Positions 13,709 to 25,289 of a stretch of DNA of 55,822 nt are shown one piece after another. Both the position numbers and the translations under genes were made by a program. Each line of letters opens with the position of its first letter. Within the stretch, counting starts at the first letter, position 1. The stretch is taken from positions 3,553,711 to 3,609,532 of the forward strand of contig NC_069004.1 in the NCBI RefSeq assembly GCF_001194135.2, read 5' to 3'. The notes under the pieces are model-generated. The model was not told where the DNA came from, made no database searches, and was given only the letters and a program-made list of their open reading frames with translations. The stretch comes from Octopus bimaculoides. Taxonomy: Eukaryota.

Positions 13709-14634
13709 AATTGTTAGTGCTTCATACGAAATAGGGCCTTCGAGTAACTTTAAGTAAACTTTATAAGATCTTGTATTTTTTTCTTCTTTAGGAAAAAACC
13801 CACTAAAAGTTCAGCAACCCTTTTTCTTTTAATCTCTTCTTAAAACTTCCCCACGTTAAAAGCAGGAAACTCTCGCCCTTTAAGTCACTTATGCAACTCA
13901 GCAGTGCTACAATAAAGATTAGTACACACACGCACACACACACAGACGCGCATATATATACATACATGTATATCGTCTATAAAGAAACAAATTCGAAAGG
14001 AGGAGCAGGCGCTAAGATCTAGAACAATATATATTAAAAATGGGGATACGCCATACAGCTAAACCCTTCATGGGCGGGAAACCTAAGGTGATCCCATAAA
14101 CCGGCCTTTCCCATTTTTAACACACACACACACACACACATTCGTATGTATTGTTCTTTTCGTACTTTACCGATCGTTGCTACATACCTACATGTTTGTA
14201 TCTATGTAATGGGGGTGTACACACATTTATGCACGTGGAGTATTCTATAACTTCGCTAAGACAGTTTCTTTTTGTTTTTATTTTATTCGAGAACAGTATT
14301 CGAAACAGTAGTAGTGTTAGTTGTAGTGGTGGTAGTATTAATGATTAAGGCCCACAATTTTGAAAGGAAGAGTATTCGCAAGTACCATCATCGACTCTGT
14401 TTTTGACTATTATTATTTTTTTATGAAACCCGAAAAATTAAAAAAAAACAAACCCAAAAAGCTAAAGGTGACCTCGGCTGGATGTGAACCTACAACGTTG
14501 CTAGCCGATGAGAAAATAATTCTAAGCTTATTTATTTTTTAAAAAATTAATTTAATTTTTTTTTTTTGTGTGCTTTTGCGCCGAGAATATTAATCAGCTT
14601 CGATGCCAATGATAATTGGCTTTTAAAAAGTTCG

Positions 14635-16058
14635 TAATTCAATATCTCCGACTCCAGTTTTTGACTTGTAGTTTTTTAATCGACCACGAAGATACGAAAA
14701 ACCGTGTTTATTTTGTCGCGATTTGAACTCAGGACGTAAAGAGCCAGCATACAGCCAATCCATTTTTAGCGGACTTCAACGATTCTGCCAGGTAGCCAGC
14801 CGCCCCATAATGATAATAATCTTTTCTACTATAGGCACAAGGTTTGAAATTTTGGGGGAGGGGGCTAGTCGATTAGATCGACCCCAGTGTGTAACTGGTA
14901 TTTATTTCATCGACCCTCGAAGTGATGAAAGTCGACCTCGGCGCAATTTGAACTCAGAACGAAAAGACGTACGAAAGGCCGCTAAGTATTTCGCCGGACG
15001 TGCAAATGTCTCTGCCAGTTCGCCCAATAACCGTGATAAGGCTTTCTACGAAAGGCACAAGGCCTGAAATTTTGTGAGAGAGAGGAAGGGAGTCGCTTAA
15101 TCGGCAGGAACTTAGTTTATCGACCCCCTAAAAACGAAAGTCGAAGTTGGTAGGACTTGAACCCAGAAGGTAAAAGAGCCGGTAGAAATAGATTGTTGCC
15201 TTTTGAGAGAAGTGCCACCCGATTAACATTGATTGGCCTCAATGTTCAACTGGTACTAAATGATGAAAGTCGAAGTCGATCTCGGTAGAATTTGAAATCA
15301 AAAAATTATGCCCGGTGTGCTAACGATTCAGCCAGTTCGCTGCCATTCCATTTCGGAGTGGTCACTTTTTTTTTTCCTCCTCTTTATCATTCTGGATGGT
15401 CACCACCTCAAAAAAAAAATTTTGTCACGAGGACATTTTGGGCGAGGAGATGAGTCGATTACATCGACCCCAGTGTTTCACTGGTACTTAATTTATCGAC
15501 CTCGGTGGAATTAATTTATCGACCTGGGTGGAATTTGAACTCGGAACGTAGCAGAGGAAATACTGCTAAGCATTTCGCCCGGCGTGCCACCTCGCCGCTT
15601 TTATAATAGTAATAATAATGTTAAATTTTGGCACAAGATCAGCAAATACGTGGGGGAGGGGTAAGTCAATTATATCGATCCTCACTGTTCGACTGCTACT
15701 TATTTTATCAACTCCGAAAGGTTGAAAGACAAATTCAACCGCGGCGAAACTTGAACTCAGAACATGTAAAATGCTTAGCGGTATTTCGCCCGGCGTGCTA
15801 ACGATTCTGCCAGCTCGCCGCTTTAATAATAATAATAATAATCCTTTCTACTATAGGTAAAAGGCCTGAAATTTTGAGGGAGGGAGATAGTGGATTACAT
15901 CGACCCTAGTACTTGACTGGTACTTATTTCATCGACCCGGAAAGGATGAAAAGCAAAGTCGACCTCGGCGGAATTTGAACTCAGAACGTAACGACAGAGG
16001 AAGTACCGCTAAGCATTTCGCCGGGCGTGCTAACGATTCCGCCAGCCCGCCGCCTTAA
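14635..16058 (-). mobile_element. Head-to-tail array of about seven family B SINE copies
   Basis: Copies at about 14635-14806, 14821-15025, 15040-15190, 15195-15345, 15415-15600, 15621-15822, 15843-16056, sharing GTCGACCTCGGCGGAATTTGAACTCAG and CCGGCGTGCTAACGATTCTGCCAGCTCGCCGC motifs, all the same orientation. Confidence 0.85.
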
Positions 16059-16093
16059 ATAATGATAATAACAATGATGGGGCTCTCTGTATG

Positions 16094-16191
<98 letters not shown>

Positions 16192-16829
16192 CTCATGTAT
16201 ATATATATATATGTATTCGTGTATATGTGAATGTATATATACATGTGTATGTATATATATATTTACATCTGTATGTATATTTATGCGTGTGTATGTTTAT
16301 GTATGTGTGTGTATAGATATATGTATGTATATATGTGTATGTATAATACACTTGTGTGTGTTTGTGTAAGAGGTAGAGAGATGTGTGCTTAAGGAGTTTG
16401 CTCGAAAACCACGAGGTTTCAGATATATTTCAAATGAATTACCAATCTTCCAGAACCAGTCCCCTTCTATAGTTATTGCTAATTATGACCACATTTAATG
16501 AAAACAAAGACTATATGTGATCCTTTCAGTGACTCTATTTCCCAACCATCAGTGTGTGTCGAATACAAGGTTAAATTGCCTTCATATTCTGCTGCGTGGT
16601 AATCTCGAACAAATGTTGTCTCCTGTAGCCCTCGGCTACGGAAAACCCCGAGGGTAGATCTGGTACAAAGCACAGCCTGTGGTATATGTGTGTGTGTGTG
16701 TGTGTGTTTACGTGTATAAATATATACATGTGTGTGTATGTCTGTGCATGTGTATATATAAATATGTGTATGTAAATGTGTAAATAGATATATATGTTTA
16801 TGTATACAATTGTCAAGTATTGCCTCTAA

Positions 16830-17130
16830 CATTTACTTTATATATATATATATATATGTGGATATATATATATATGTGTGTGTGTATGTATATATATGTG
16901 TGTGTGTGTATGTATATATATGTGTGTGTGTGTATGTATATATATGTGTGTGTGTGCATGAATATATATGTGTGTGTGTGTGTGTATGTATATATATATA
17001 TGTATGTGTATATATATANNNNNNNNNNCATGAATATATATGTGTGTGTGTGTGTGTATGTATATATATATATGTATGTGTATATATATATATATATATG
17101 TATGTGTGTATATATATATATATATATGTA

Positions 17131-17161
<31 letters not shown>

Positions 17162-17385
17162 GTATATATATACATGTTTATATGTATATGTGTGTACATA
17201 TGTGTGTGTATGTGTATACATGTATATGCGTGTATGTATTTTTATTTGTGTATATATGTGTATGTGTATATATATGTGTATATATATATGTGTATATATA
17301 TATGTGTATATATATATGTGTATATATATATGTGTATGTATATATATGTATATATATATATGTATGTATATATATATATGTATGT

Positions 17386-17439
<54 letters not shown>

Positions 17440-17496
17440 GTATATATATATATATATGTATGTATATATATGTATATATATATGTGNNNNNNNNNN

Positions 17497-17537
<41 letters not shown>

Positions 17538-17760
17538 TTATGTATATGTGCATATATTCGTGTATATGTATGTATTTGTGTATATACATGTATATATATG
17601 CATGCTTATATATGTTTGTGTGTGCATACATGTATATGTGTACTTACGTGTATATATATATATATATATATGCATGTTTATGGAAATATCTCTATATATG
17701 TACGTATGTAGATATGTACGTATATGTGAATTTTCTCTACATGTATATTATACACACATG
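16830..17760. repeat. Compound (TA)/(TG)/(TATG) microsatellite field
   Basis: Directly visible; the source of many spurious YIYV/CVCV ORFs. Confidence 0.95.
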
Positions 17761-17787
17761 CATATAGTCACAAGCTAGTTATACATG

Positions 17788-17826
<39 letters not shown>

Positions 17827-18034
17827 NNNNNNNNNNNNNNNNNNNNNNNNNNNNNNNNNNNNNNNNNNNNNNNNNNNNNNNNNNNNNNNNNNNNNNNNNN
17901 NNNNNNNNNNNNNNNNNNNNNNNNNNNNNNTATATATATACATATATGTATATATATATATAGGCAGTTCGTGTGTACCTTCTTACTTTCATATCAGATA
18001 TTAGTTGTGAAGGGGAGTCACTGTCATTGAAACG

Positions 18035-18105
18035 GTGTCCCGCATTCCGTGTCTTCCTGTAAAACATATCCGGCCATGTGGAAACGTTACCATGCTTGGC
18101 AAAAG
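18035..18105 (+). mobile_element. Family C SINE internal fragment
   Basis: GTCTTCCTGTAAAACATATCCGGCCATGTGGAAACGTTACCATGCTTGG is similar to the reverse complement of 25045-25070 (ATATTATCTTTCTTGGAAA); the family link is partly from recalled consensus. Confidence 0.45.
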
Positions 18106-18811
18106 CTGGAAGTGATATGATGTGTGACCGTAGTGTTTCCTCTGTGGTCACTTCGAACGTTTGAATGCATGTATGTATGTATGTATGTTGTTGCTTTTAT
18201 GCAAAAGTGTCCTAAGTCCAAAACGTTGCTTTTTTTCAGAAAACGAAAAAATAGTTTAACCATTCCATAGCAAAACCGTTGTACTACCTTTTGACAATTT
18301 TTGATATCTTGGCATCTGAAGCAGCTGGAGATACGATAGTTTGGACCAAAAGAACCGGCTGGCTATTTGGAAGCAAAAATAAATATTGGGGAAAAAAAAA
18401 AACAAAAACAACAAAAAAAAAATTCATTTGGACATACGACAGTTTAATATAATAGCAACGATACGTATGACTATAAACTGAATCGTATTGTGGAGCCAAT
18501 ATTGTTCCCAAGTCTACTCTGACCCTGGGCAGTAGAGCCTGGCAGGGTCCCAGGCATGGATTAATTAATATAGCGGGGTTGCCTGTGAACCAGACCCTAT
18601 GGACTCTGTGGAAGAATCATTCACGGTTAAACGGTGGGTAAAGTAGCTGCAGTAATGCCTTATGGTCTTCAGGGACCAAGATCATGGAAGCAAGACATCT
18701 GGCTCACAAACTCCATTCGTGCCCATCTCCTGTCGTTTTGACTTGCTCTTGGCACTGAATTGAAGATGGTTATGGGCGAAAGAGGGAGAGGTTGACACTG
18801 GCGCCTTGCGT

Positions 18812-19113
18812 AGGAGTCTCGGACCGACCAAAGCCTTGTGAGTGGATTTGGTAGACGGAAACTGGAAGAAGCCCGTCGTATATATATATATTTGCATGTG
18901 TCTGTGTTTGTCCACCCTACTATCGCTTGACAAACGCTGTTGGCGTGTTTATGTCCCCGTAACTTAGCGGTTCGGCAAAAGAGACCGATAGAATAAGTAC
19001 TAGTCTTACAAACAATAAGCCCTGGGGTCGATTTCTTTGAACACCACCCTTGAAGGCGCTGCTCCAGCATTGCCGCAGTCAAATGACTGAATGAAGTAAT
19101 AGAATAAAAGAAT
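18812..19113 (+). mobile_element. Family A SINE, 5'-truncated
   Basis: Colinear with 26645-26943 through GTAACTTAGCGGTTCGGCAAAAGAGACCGATAGAATAAGTAC and the tail CTCCAGCATTGCCGCAGTCAAATGACTGAA. Confidence 0.92.
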
Positions 19114-19316
19114 ATCATCAGTCATTCTTAAGCATAACCTGACGCTCCTCTTCGCTCCGACGGATAACCACTAGTGTAATATAGGTCATTTAGGCATTGT
19201 GATCCTAACAACCTGGTATCGAATCAATATACGTATGATTCAGAACGGAGCGTTGGTCGAGTACAGAGCAGTAATAAGAAAATGAGATGACAAAAGAATA
19301 AACGATCATCTTATGA

Positions 19317-19417
19317 ACTTCATTAGCTTACAGCTGTTTCTGCTACAAGATGCAGTGTTCTCATTGCTGAGTGCTTGAGTTACACTTAAGGCTTCGTCGG
19401 AACCTAGAATATGAAGT
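19317..19417 (-). ncRNA. Type I hammerhead-ribozyme-like motif with long stem II
   Basis: Minus strand: ACTTCAT-ATTCTA-GGTT, CCGACGA (19400-19394), 53-nt imperfect hairpin, GAA, palindrome ACAGCTGT, A (GUA triplet), AGCT-A-ATGAAGT. Stem I pairs (4 bp with wobbles plus 7 bp distal). Confidence 0.55.
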
Positions 19418-19443
19418 GCAATGTATAAATCTGAGCTTCGAAT

Positions 19444-19516
19444 ATTCGAAGCTCCGACGATAGAATTATGTTTTACTCCGGTATCTTATGGCAGAAACGG
19501 CTTTAAGCTAATGAAT
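19444..19516 (+). ncRNA. Second, inverted hammerhead-like motif (more decayed)
   Basis: ATTCG-A-AGCT, CCGACGA (19454-19460), 33 nt, GAA-ACGGCTTT-A, AGCT-AA-TGAAT. Homologous to the minus copy (TCTTATGGCAGAAACGGCTTTAAGCTAATGAA vs TCTTGTAGCAGAAACAGCTGTAAGCTAATGAA). Confidence 0.45.
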
Positions 19517-20291
19517 TCCGTAAGATGTATGATTTTGATTTATTAAGTCTCTTAATGAATTCTTTATACTGAAATATATATTGATGAAGATAAATATGTT
19601 CATTTGAATATATACGTTTTTGCGTCGTAACTCCTTTATTATATATANNNNNNNNNNNNNNNNNNNNNNNNNNNNNNNNNNNNNNNNNNNNNNNNNNNNN
19701 NNNNNNNNNNNNNNNNNNNNNNNNNNNNNNNNNNNNNNNNNNNNNNNNNNNNNNNNNNNNNNNNNNNNNNNNNNNNNNNNNNNNNNNNNNNNNNNNNNNN
19801 NNNNNNNNNNNNNNNNNNNNNNNNNNNNNNNNNNNNNNNNNNNNNNNNNNNNNNNNNNNNNNNNNNNNNNNNNNNNNNNNNNNNNNNNNNNNNNNNNNNN
19901 NNNNNNNNNNNNNNNNNNNNNNNNNNNNNNNNNNNNNNNNNNNNNNNNNNNNNNNNNNNNNNNNNNNNNNNNNNNNNNNNNNNNNNNNNNNNNNNNNNNN
20001 NNNNNNNNNNNNNNNNNNNNNNNNNNNNNNNNNNNNNNNNNNNNNNNNNNNNNNNNNNNNNNNNNNNNNNNNNNNNNNNNNNNNNNNNNNNNNNNNNNNN
20101 NNNNNNNNNNNNNNNNNNNNNNNNNNNNNNNNNNNNNNNNNNNNNNNNNNNNNNNNNNNNNNNNNNNNNNNNNNNNNNNNNNNNNNNNNNNNNNNNNNNN
20201 NNNNNNNNNNNNNNNNNNNNNNNNNNNNNNNNNNNNNNNNNNNNNNNNNNNNNNNNNNNNNNNNNNNNNNNNNNNNNNNNNNNNNNNNNNN

Positions 20292-20547
20292 NGTGCCGGT
20301 GACACGTAAAAAGAACCATCTGAACGTGGTCGATCCCCCCACCCCACACGAGTGGCTCCTGTGCCGGTGGCACGTAAAAAGCACCTACTACACTTTCGGG
20401 ACTTGTTGGCGTCAGGAAGGGCATCCAGCTGTAGAAACCTTGCCAGATCAGATTGAAGCCTGGTGCAGCCTCCTGGCTTGCCAGACCTCAGCCAAACTGT
20501 CCAACCCATGCCAGCGTAGAAAGCGGACTTTAAACGATGATGATGAT
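20292..20547 (+). mobile_element. SINE or non-autonomous retroposon (family D) with RTE-type 3' end and (GAT)n tail
   Basis: Duplicated GTGCCGGTG[A/G]CACGTAAAAAG, TTGGCGTCAGGAAGGGCATCCAGCTGTAGAAAC, ending CCAACCCATGCCAGCGTAGAAAGCGGACTTTAAACGATGATGATG. Confidence 0.8.
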
Positions 20548-20714
20548 TCTGTTTTGATATTTTAGTAAGTGTGTTATTTCTCTGGATTTGAATTCGTTTT
20601 GAGGGTAATATCATTTTAGAAATAACGAACATACCACGCAAGTTGTCATCTCTTCTCTAGCCTCAGGTCATCCAAATCTTTATGAGGGGATTTAGCAGAC
20701 GGTAAGAAAGCTAT

Positions 20715-20836
20715 TTGTGTGTGTGTGTGTATGTGTATGTATGTAGGAGTGTATGTGTGGACGCGTGTGTGAGTGTGCATATGTGTGTGTGTGTGGGTGT
20801 ATATATGTGTGTGTGAGAGCGTGTATACGTGTGTGG

Positions 20837-20886
<50 letters not shown>

Positions 20887-21205
20887 ATATATATGTGGGT
20901 ATTTGTATGTGGGCGCGTGTGTGGGTGTGTATGTGTGTGAGCGTGTATATGAGTGGGTGTATGTATGTGTGTGTTTATATGTGTATGTATGTGTGAGTGT
21001 ATATGTATATGTATGTGTGAGTGTATATGTATATGTGTGGGTGTGTGTATGTGGGTATATGTGTGAGCGTGTATATGGGTCTGGGTGTATGTATGTGTGT
21101 GAGTGTATATATGTGTTAGTGTCTGTATATGTATATATGTGCATGTATGTGTTTGTATATGTGTGTGTGTATATATATGCATGCATGTGTGTGTGTGTGC
21201 GTGTG
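20715..21205. repeat. Degenerate (TG)/(TA) microsatellite field
   Basis: Directly visible. Confidence 0.95.
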
Positions 21206-21406
21206 TCTTTGTGCTTATCCCCCACCATTGCTTAATAACCGGTGTTGGTTTCATACGTTCCTGTAACGTAGAGGTTCAACAAAAAAGAGCGCGTTAGAGT
21301 AAGTATGGGACTTTAAAAAATGATTACTGGGATGGATTTGTTGGACTAAATCCCTGCAAGGCGATGCTCCAACATGGTCGCAGTTCAATGACTGAAACCA
21401 GTAAAA
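21205..21406 (+). mobile_element. Family A SINE 3' half, diverged
   Basis: CCCCACCATTGCTTAATAACCGGTGTTGG...GCTCCAACATGGTCGCAGTTCAATGACTGAAAC. Confidence 0.8.
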
Positions 21407-22257
21407 TTGCGTAAAGCGTTGAGGCTTATCTGCCACCTCTCCTTAATTTGAAGTTTTATATAATCTTTTGTCGTTTATACTCCTAACCCTGTTTAATTTT
21501 TAAATGTGGGAAAATATAAACAAAAAATATTTTCTTAGAAAGTCTAAGGCTCAGAATAAAGACTGCCGTACCCCAGGGGAGAGTTCTGCCTTACTAAATA
21601 CACATGCGGTGGGGTCCCGTGTATGTAATATGAGTTGAAAGAATTAAAAAGAAAAGAATTACAAAATGAAACACAATCAAATTTCCATTAACTGAGATTA
21701 TCCATGCAGTTACTTGACGAAATCTCCCTCTAGGGGTGTTTAATATTCAAAATGAAAAACTTCAAACAAAAAGGAATCAAGTACGATAACTTCAATTAAG
21801 ATCAGATAACTGAAATTTTTGGAATATGTGTTCATATGTATCCATGCGTGTGAATATCTACAAGAGGATATGCATGTCTCTGTGTGTGTATATTTAGTTA
21901 TGTATGTATGTATGTGTATATATAACGTACAGTACAGGAATAGGGGTTTGGAATCTGAGCAGGTACCTTATTAGCACTCTGGTATAAAACAGATCTGGTG
22001 GCTGAACCACATCGAATGAAGCAATATAACACGGTAAATGGAGAATCATGTACATCTTCCAAAATTTGTTTATCTCAGTATTGTCTTCATTAAATCCGCA
22101 TGAAATTTTGAAGATGTATAATTCTCCATTCTTCTTTGGATCACACACACACACACACACACACACTTAAACGTAAAGGTACAAGTTCGAGCAAGGTTGT
22201 TTAAGAAAGGCCAGCAATCGCTCATGCTTCCCTTCTTCCAGGGGAGGCAAAGAAGCG

Positions 22258-22390
22258 ATACAGCTTGGCACCAGTGACTTTGTAACTCATTTCTGCAGCT
22301 GAGTGAACTGGAGCAACGTAAAATAAGTGTCTTGCTCAAGAACACAACACACAGTCCGGTTCAGGTATCGAAATCACTATTTTTCAAATC
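22258..22390 (-). mobile_element. Family C SINE head and core
   Basis: Minus strand GATTTCGATACCTGAACCGG..TGTGTTCTTGAGCAAGACACTTATTTTACGTTGCTCCAGTTCACTCAGCTG; homologous to 3683-3802. Confidence 0.8.
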
Positions 22391-22941
22391 TCTAGAATAC
22401 GACAACCCTTTGAAGGACAGTTGCTGGAGTTTAGCTATTAAACCATATCCATCTTTAGTTGTCCTTACACAGACAAAGAGTAATGTTTTTGGTGAGGTTG
22501 AAGTTTCCGAAATACCTTGTTGTAGCTGGCTTCCAGTCATATATATCCGGAATGAATCACATTTATTAGTCTGGCTTCAAAAGTCGTCTACAGAACAAGG
22601 TTTAGATGGATAAACATTTTTCATTACATGTCTAATGATTAATTAATTAAATTGTTAAATAAATATTAGAAAAAAACAAACAAAATTCTGATTGTCTGTA
22701 GATGCAATAGGCTTCTAATTTTTTGTTTTGCAAATTAATTTTATTGTGTGTGTTGTTGATGTAATTATTATTATATTTCTTGGAAATTAATGAACAATTA
22801 TAAATTTTTTTGATAGGCGACAACAAAATTGGTGCATCCGGGCTTTTCAGTCCTCACACACACACACACATATATATACAAATATACACACGTGTTTCTT
22901 ATTTAGAGGTACATAGCCAGCAATTATATATATATATATAT

Positions 22942-22977
<36 letters not shown>

Positions 22978-23403
22978 CTTAATAAGAAAGTAGAGAGGAT
23001 GGAAAATCGACAGACATCAGCTGGTAAATATTTTGTCGATTTTGAATCCTCTCCACTTTATTATTTGCCATATAAATGAAGGGTAAACCACTTTTAATCC
23101 CCGCCCATATATAATACTCAATTACGAGATTGCCACGCAATAACTAGCACTTGGGTATCAATATTTGGGTACACTACCAGCAGTATATTGGATAGGTACT
23201 ATCCCTTAGTTTCTCAACAGCAATAAGAACAGCTCTTAACACAAGCTCTACAAGGCTATATTGGTGGTCGATAAAATGAATAAGGATTAAGCAAATCGTA
23301 TGACCAAAGACATTCCAGTCGTGACCATCCATCTTAATTCCCGTGATAGAATTATAGAATTTTGGGTGCGCTATGTATCGTTCTTCTAAAAGATCGTTGC
23401 GTA

Positions 23404-23742
23404 TCTTTTATCTTCCACTTGCTTCAGTCATTAGACTGCAGCCATGCTGGGGCACCGCCTTGAAGAATTTAAGTAGATAGAATCCTCCGCAGTTTTTTTT
23501 AAAAGTGTGGTACTTATTCTGTCTTATAGGGATGTAAACATAACAACATCAGTTGTCAATTGGTGAAGAAGAGACACATACACACGACGGATTTCTTTCA
23601 GTTTCCGTCTACCAAATCTATTCACAAGGCTTGGGTCAGGCCGAGGCTATAACAGAAGATACTTGCCCAAGGTGCCACGCAGTGGGACTGAACCCGGTAC
23701 CATGTAGCTCGAAAGCAAACTTCTTATTACAGTCACGCCAGC
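23404..23742 (-). mobile_element. Family A SINE, near full length
   Basis: From the tail (TTCAGTCATTAGACTGCAGCCATGCTGGGGCACCGCC) to the tRNA-like head (CCAAGGTGCCACGCAGTGGGACTGAACCCGG..AGTCACGCC). Confidence 0.92.
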
Positions 23743-24943
23743 TGTATGATTTGAAAAAGGAAGGAGAAGCGTTCGTAGTGAGAAGTCTAAGAATAGGGTT
23801 GAGAGAAGGAAGGGCAGCAATAAAACGAAAAGGAGTAGCTGTAAGAGGAGGAAAGTCGATAGTAAAAGGAAAAGGAGCAACAGTAGGGGGCGGATGAGTG
23901 GTGTGAAACTGAACGAAACCCATTGCCAGTTTTCACTAAATTAAGGATGGGTGTCCCAAGGCTTATGATAAACGATACGTGTAAATTAAAATATTTAAAT
24001 TTGCGGACCATGCTTGCGCCCATTTGTTAAAAGTAAGGCCGTTGGATAAAAGTTTCTGTAAACTTTCGGACAAGACGTTTTATTTAGTTACAACTCTTTT
24101 GCGATTTGATCTCGGATTCTTGCAACGAAGTGGAATTCCAGTAAAAATCGCCGAAGGATCAGGTGATGGCGTTTGAAATGGGTGATGCAAATCGTCATCG
24201 TCGTCATCATCACCGACCTTGTTATCGTCGTCATCTTTGTCCTTGTCGTTCTCGCCATCGATGTCATCGTTTTAACATCCCGTTTTAACATCGATGTCAT
24301 CGTTTTAACATCCCTCCCGCTAGTTTCACGTGTCGAACGCAGTTTTGCTCATTTTGCTTCAACCAAAGTTTGTCGACTCCGATGGAACGAAGGTGGCATC
24401 GTAAGGTTTTCCGAAGAAAACGCTTTGTTGAAGAGAAACACAGATAAGATAATGAAGTAGTGATGAAAAATGTAAAAAACAGGATTGGCGGGAATAATGA
24501 CGAGGACGGGAGTGGGAGTGGACGGGTGGAGGTCACCAGGTGAAACAGATGTCAGGAGGCTTTGAATTGTGGAAGAAAGTAAAGGAGGGGAGAGGAAGAA
24601 AGAGACTGACTGCATAGCAATTGAACTTAGAGCATTATTTCCTCTCCCTTCTCCTACACCTTCTCTCCCCTCAACCTCATTCATCACTCCCCCCCACTTC
24701 TTCGTATCCCTTTCATGCCCCTCTCTCTCTTTCTTTCTATTTCCTCCATTTCTTAAAGCCTTCTTCTCTCGCATCTTCTCTTCGCTCATTGTCCTGTCTT
24801 GCTCTCTAACCCCCCTCTCCCAAGAAGTTTTGTGTCCCTTGTCTTTTTATTCCAAGCTTCTCTTGTTCCCTTTTCGGTAATTTAATGACAATGACCAACC
24901 CCCATCATCTCCAGTGCTCTGTGATAAATTTTCATCATCATCA

Positions 24944-25070
24944 TCATCATCATCATCATTATTGTTAGCGTTTAACGTCCTTTTCTCCACTTGCATGGGT
25001 CAGACGAATTTGTTGAGGCAGATTTTCTTCCTCTCACTAACCATCGCTCATTTCCAAGAAAGATAATATG
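24944..25070 (-). mobile_element. SINE 3' end (family C/D-type tail) with (GAT)n
   Basis: Minus strand AAAATCTGCCTCAACAAATTCGTCTGACCCATGCAAGTGGAGAAAAGGACGTTAAACG then (GAT)n; same terminus as 20505-20547. Confidence 0.75.
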
Positions 25071-25289
25071 CGCCCTTTTTGAGCCAAACGTTTTTCTCAC
25101 GGGAAGACTGGCAACACATAACTGCGCTTGTATGACTGTCGACTGGAGCAAGAAAAAAAAACAAAAAAAAAACAAACAAAAAAACAGAACAAAACAAAAA
25201 AAACAGAACAAAACAAAAAAAAACAGAACAAACTGCTTGCTTTCAAATATTTATTGTCTTAGAATACTGCGATAAAATATGACAACAAG

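Noticed and set aside
23750-23897. Basic Gly/Lys/Arg-rich peptide (histone-tail or antimicrobial-like)
   Set aside because: Degenerate (GNA)n purine-rich repeat; the ORF start lies within a SINE.
24173-24460. 95-aa ORF with apparent signal or transmembrane segment
   Set aside because: Hydrophobicity comes from the (ATC/GTC)n reading of a degenerate trinucleotide tract.
24497-24560. ATGACGA...GAAACAGATGTC as a hammerhead
   Set aside because: C3 is missing and neither stem I nor stem II pairs.
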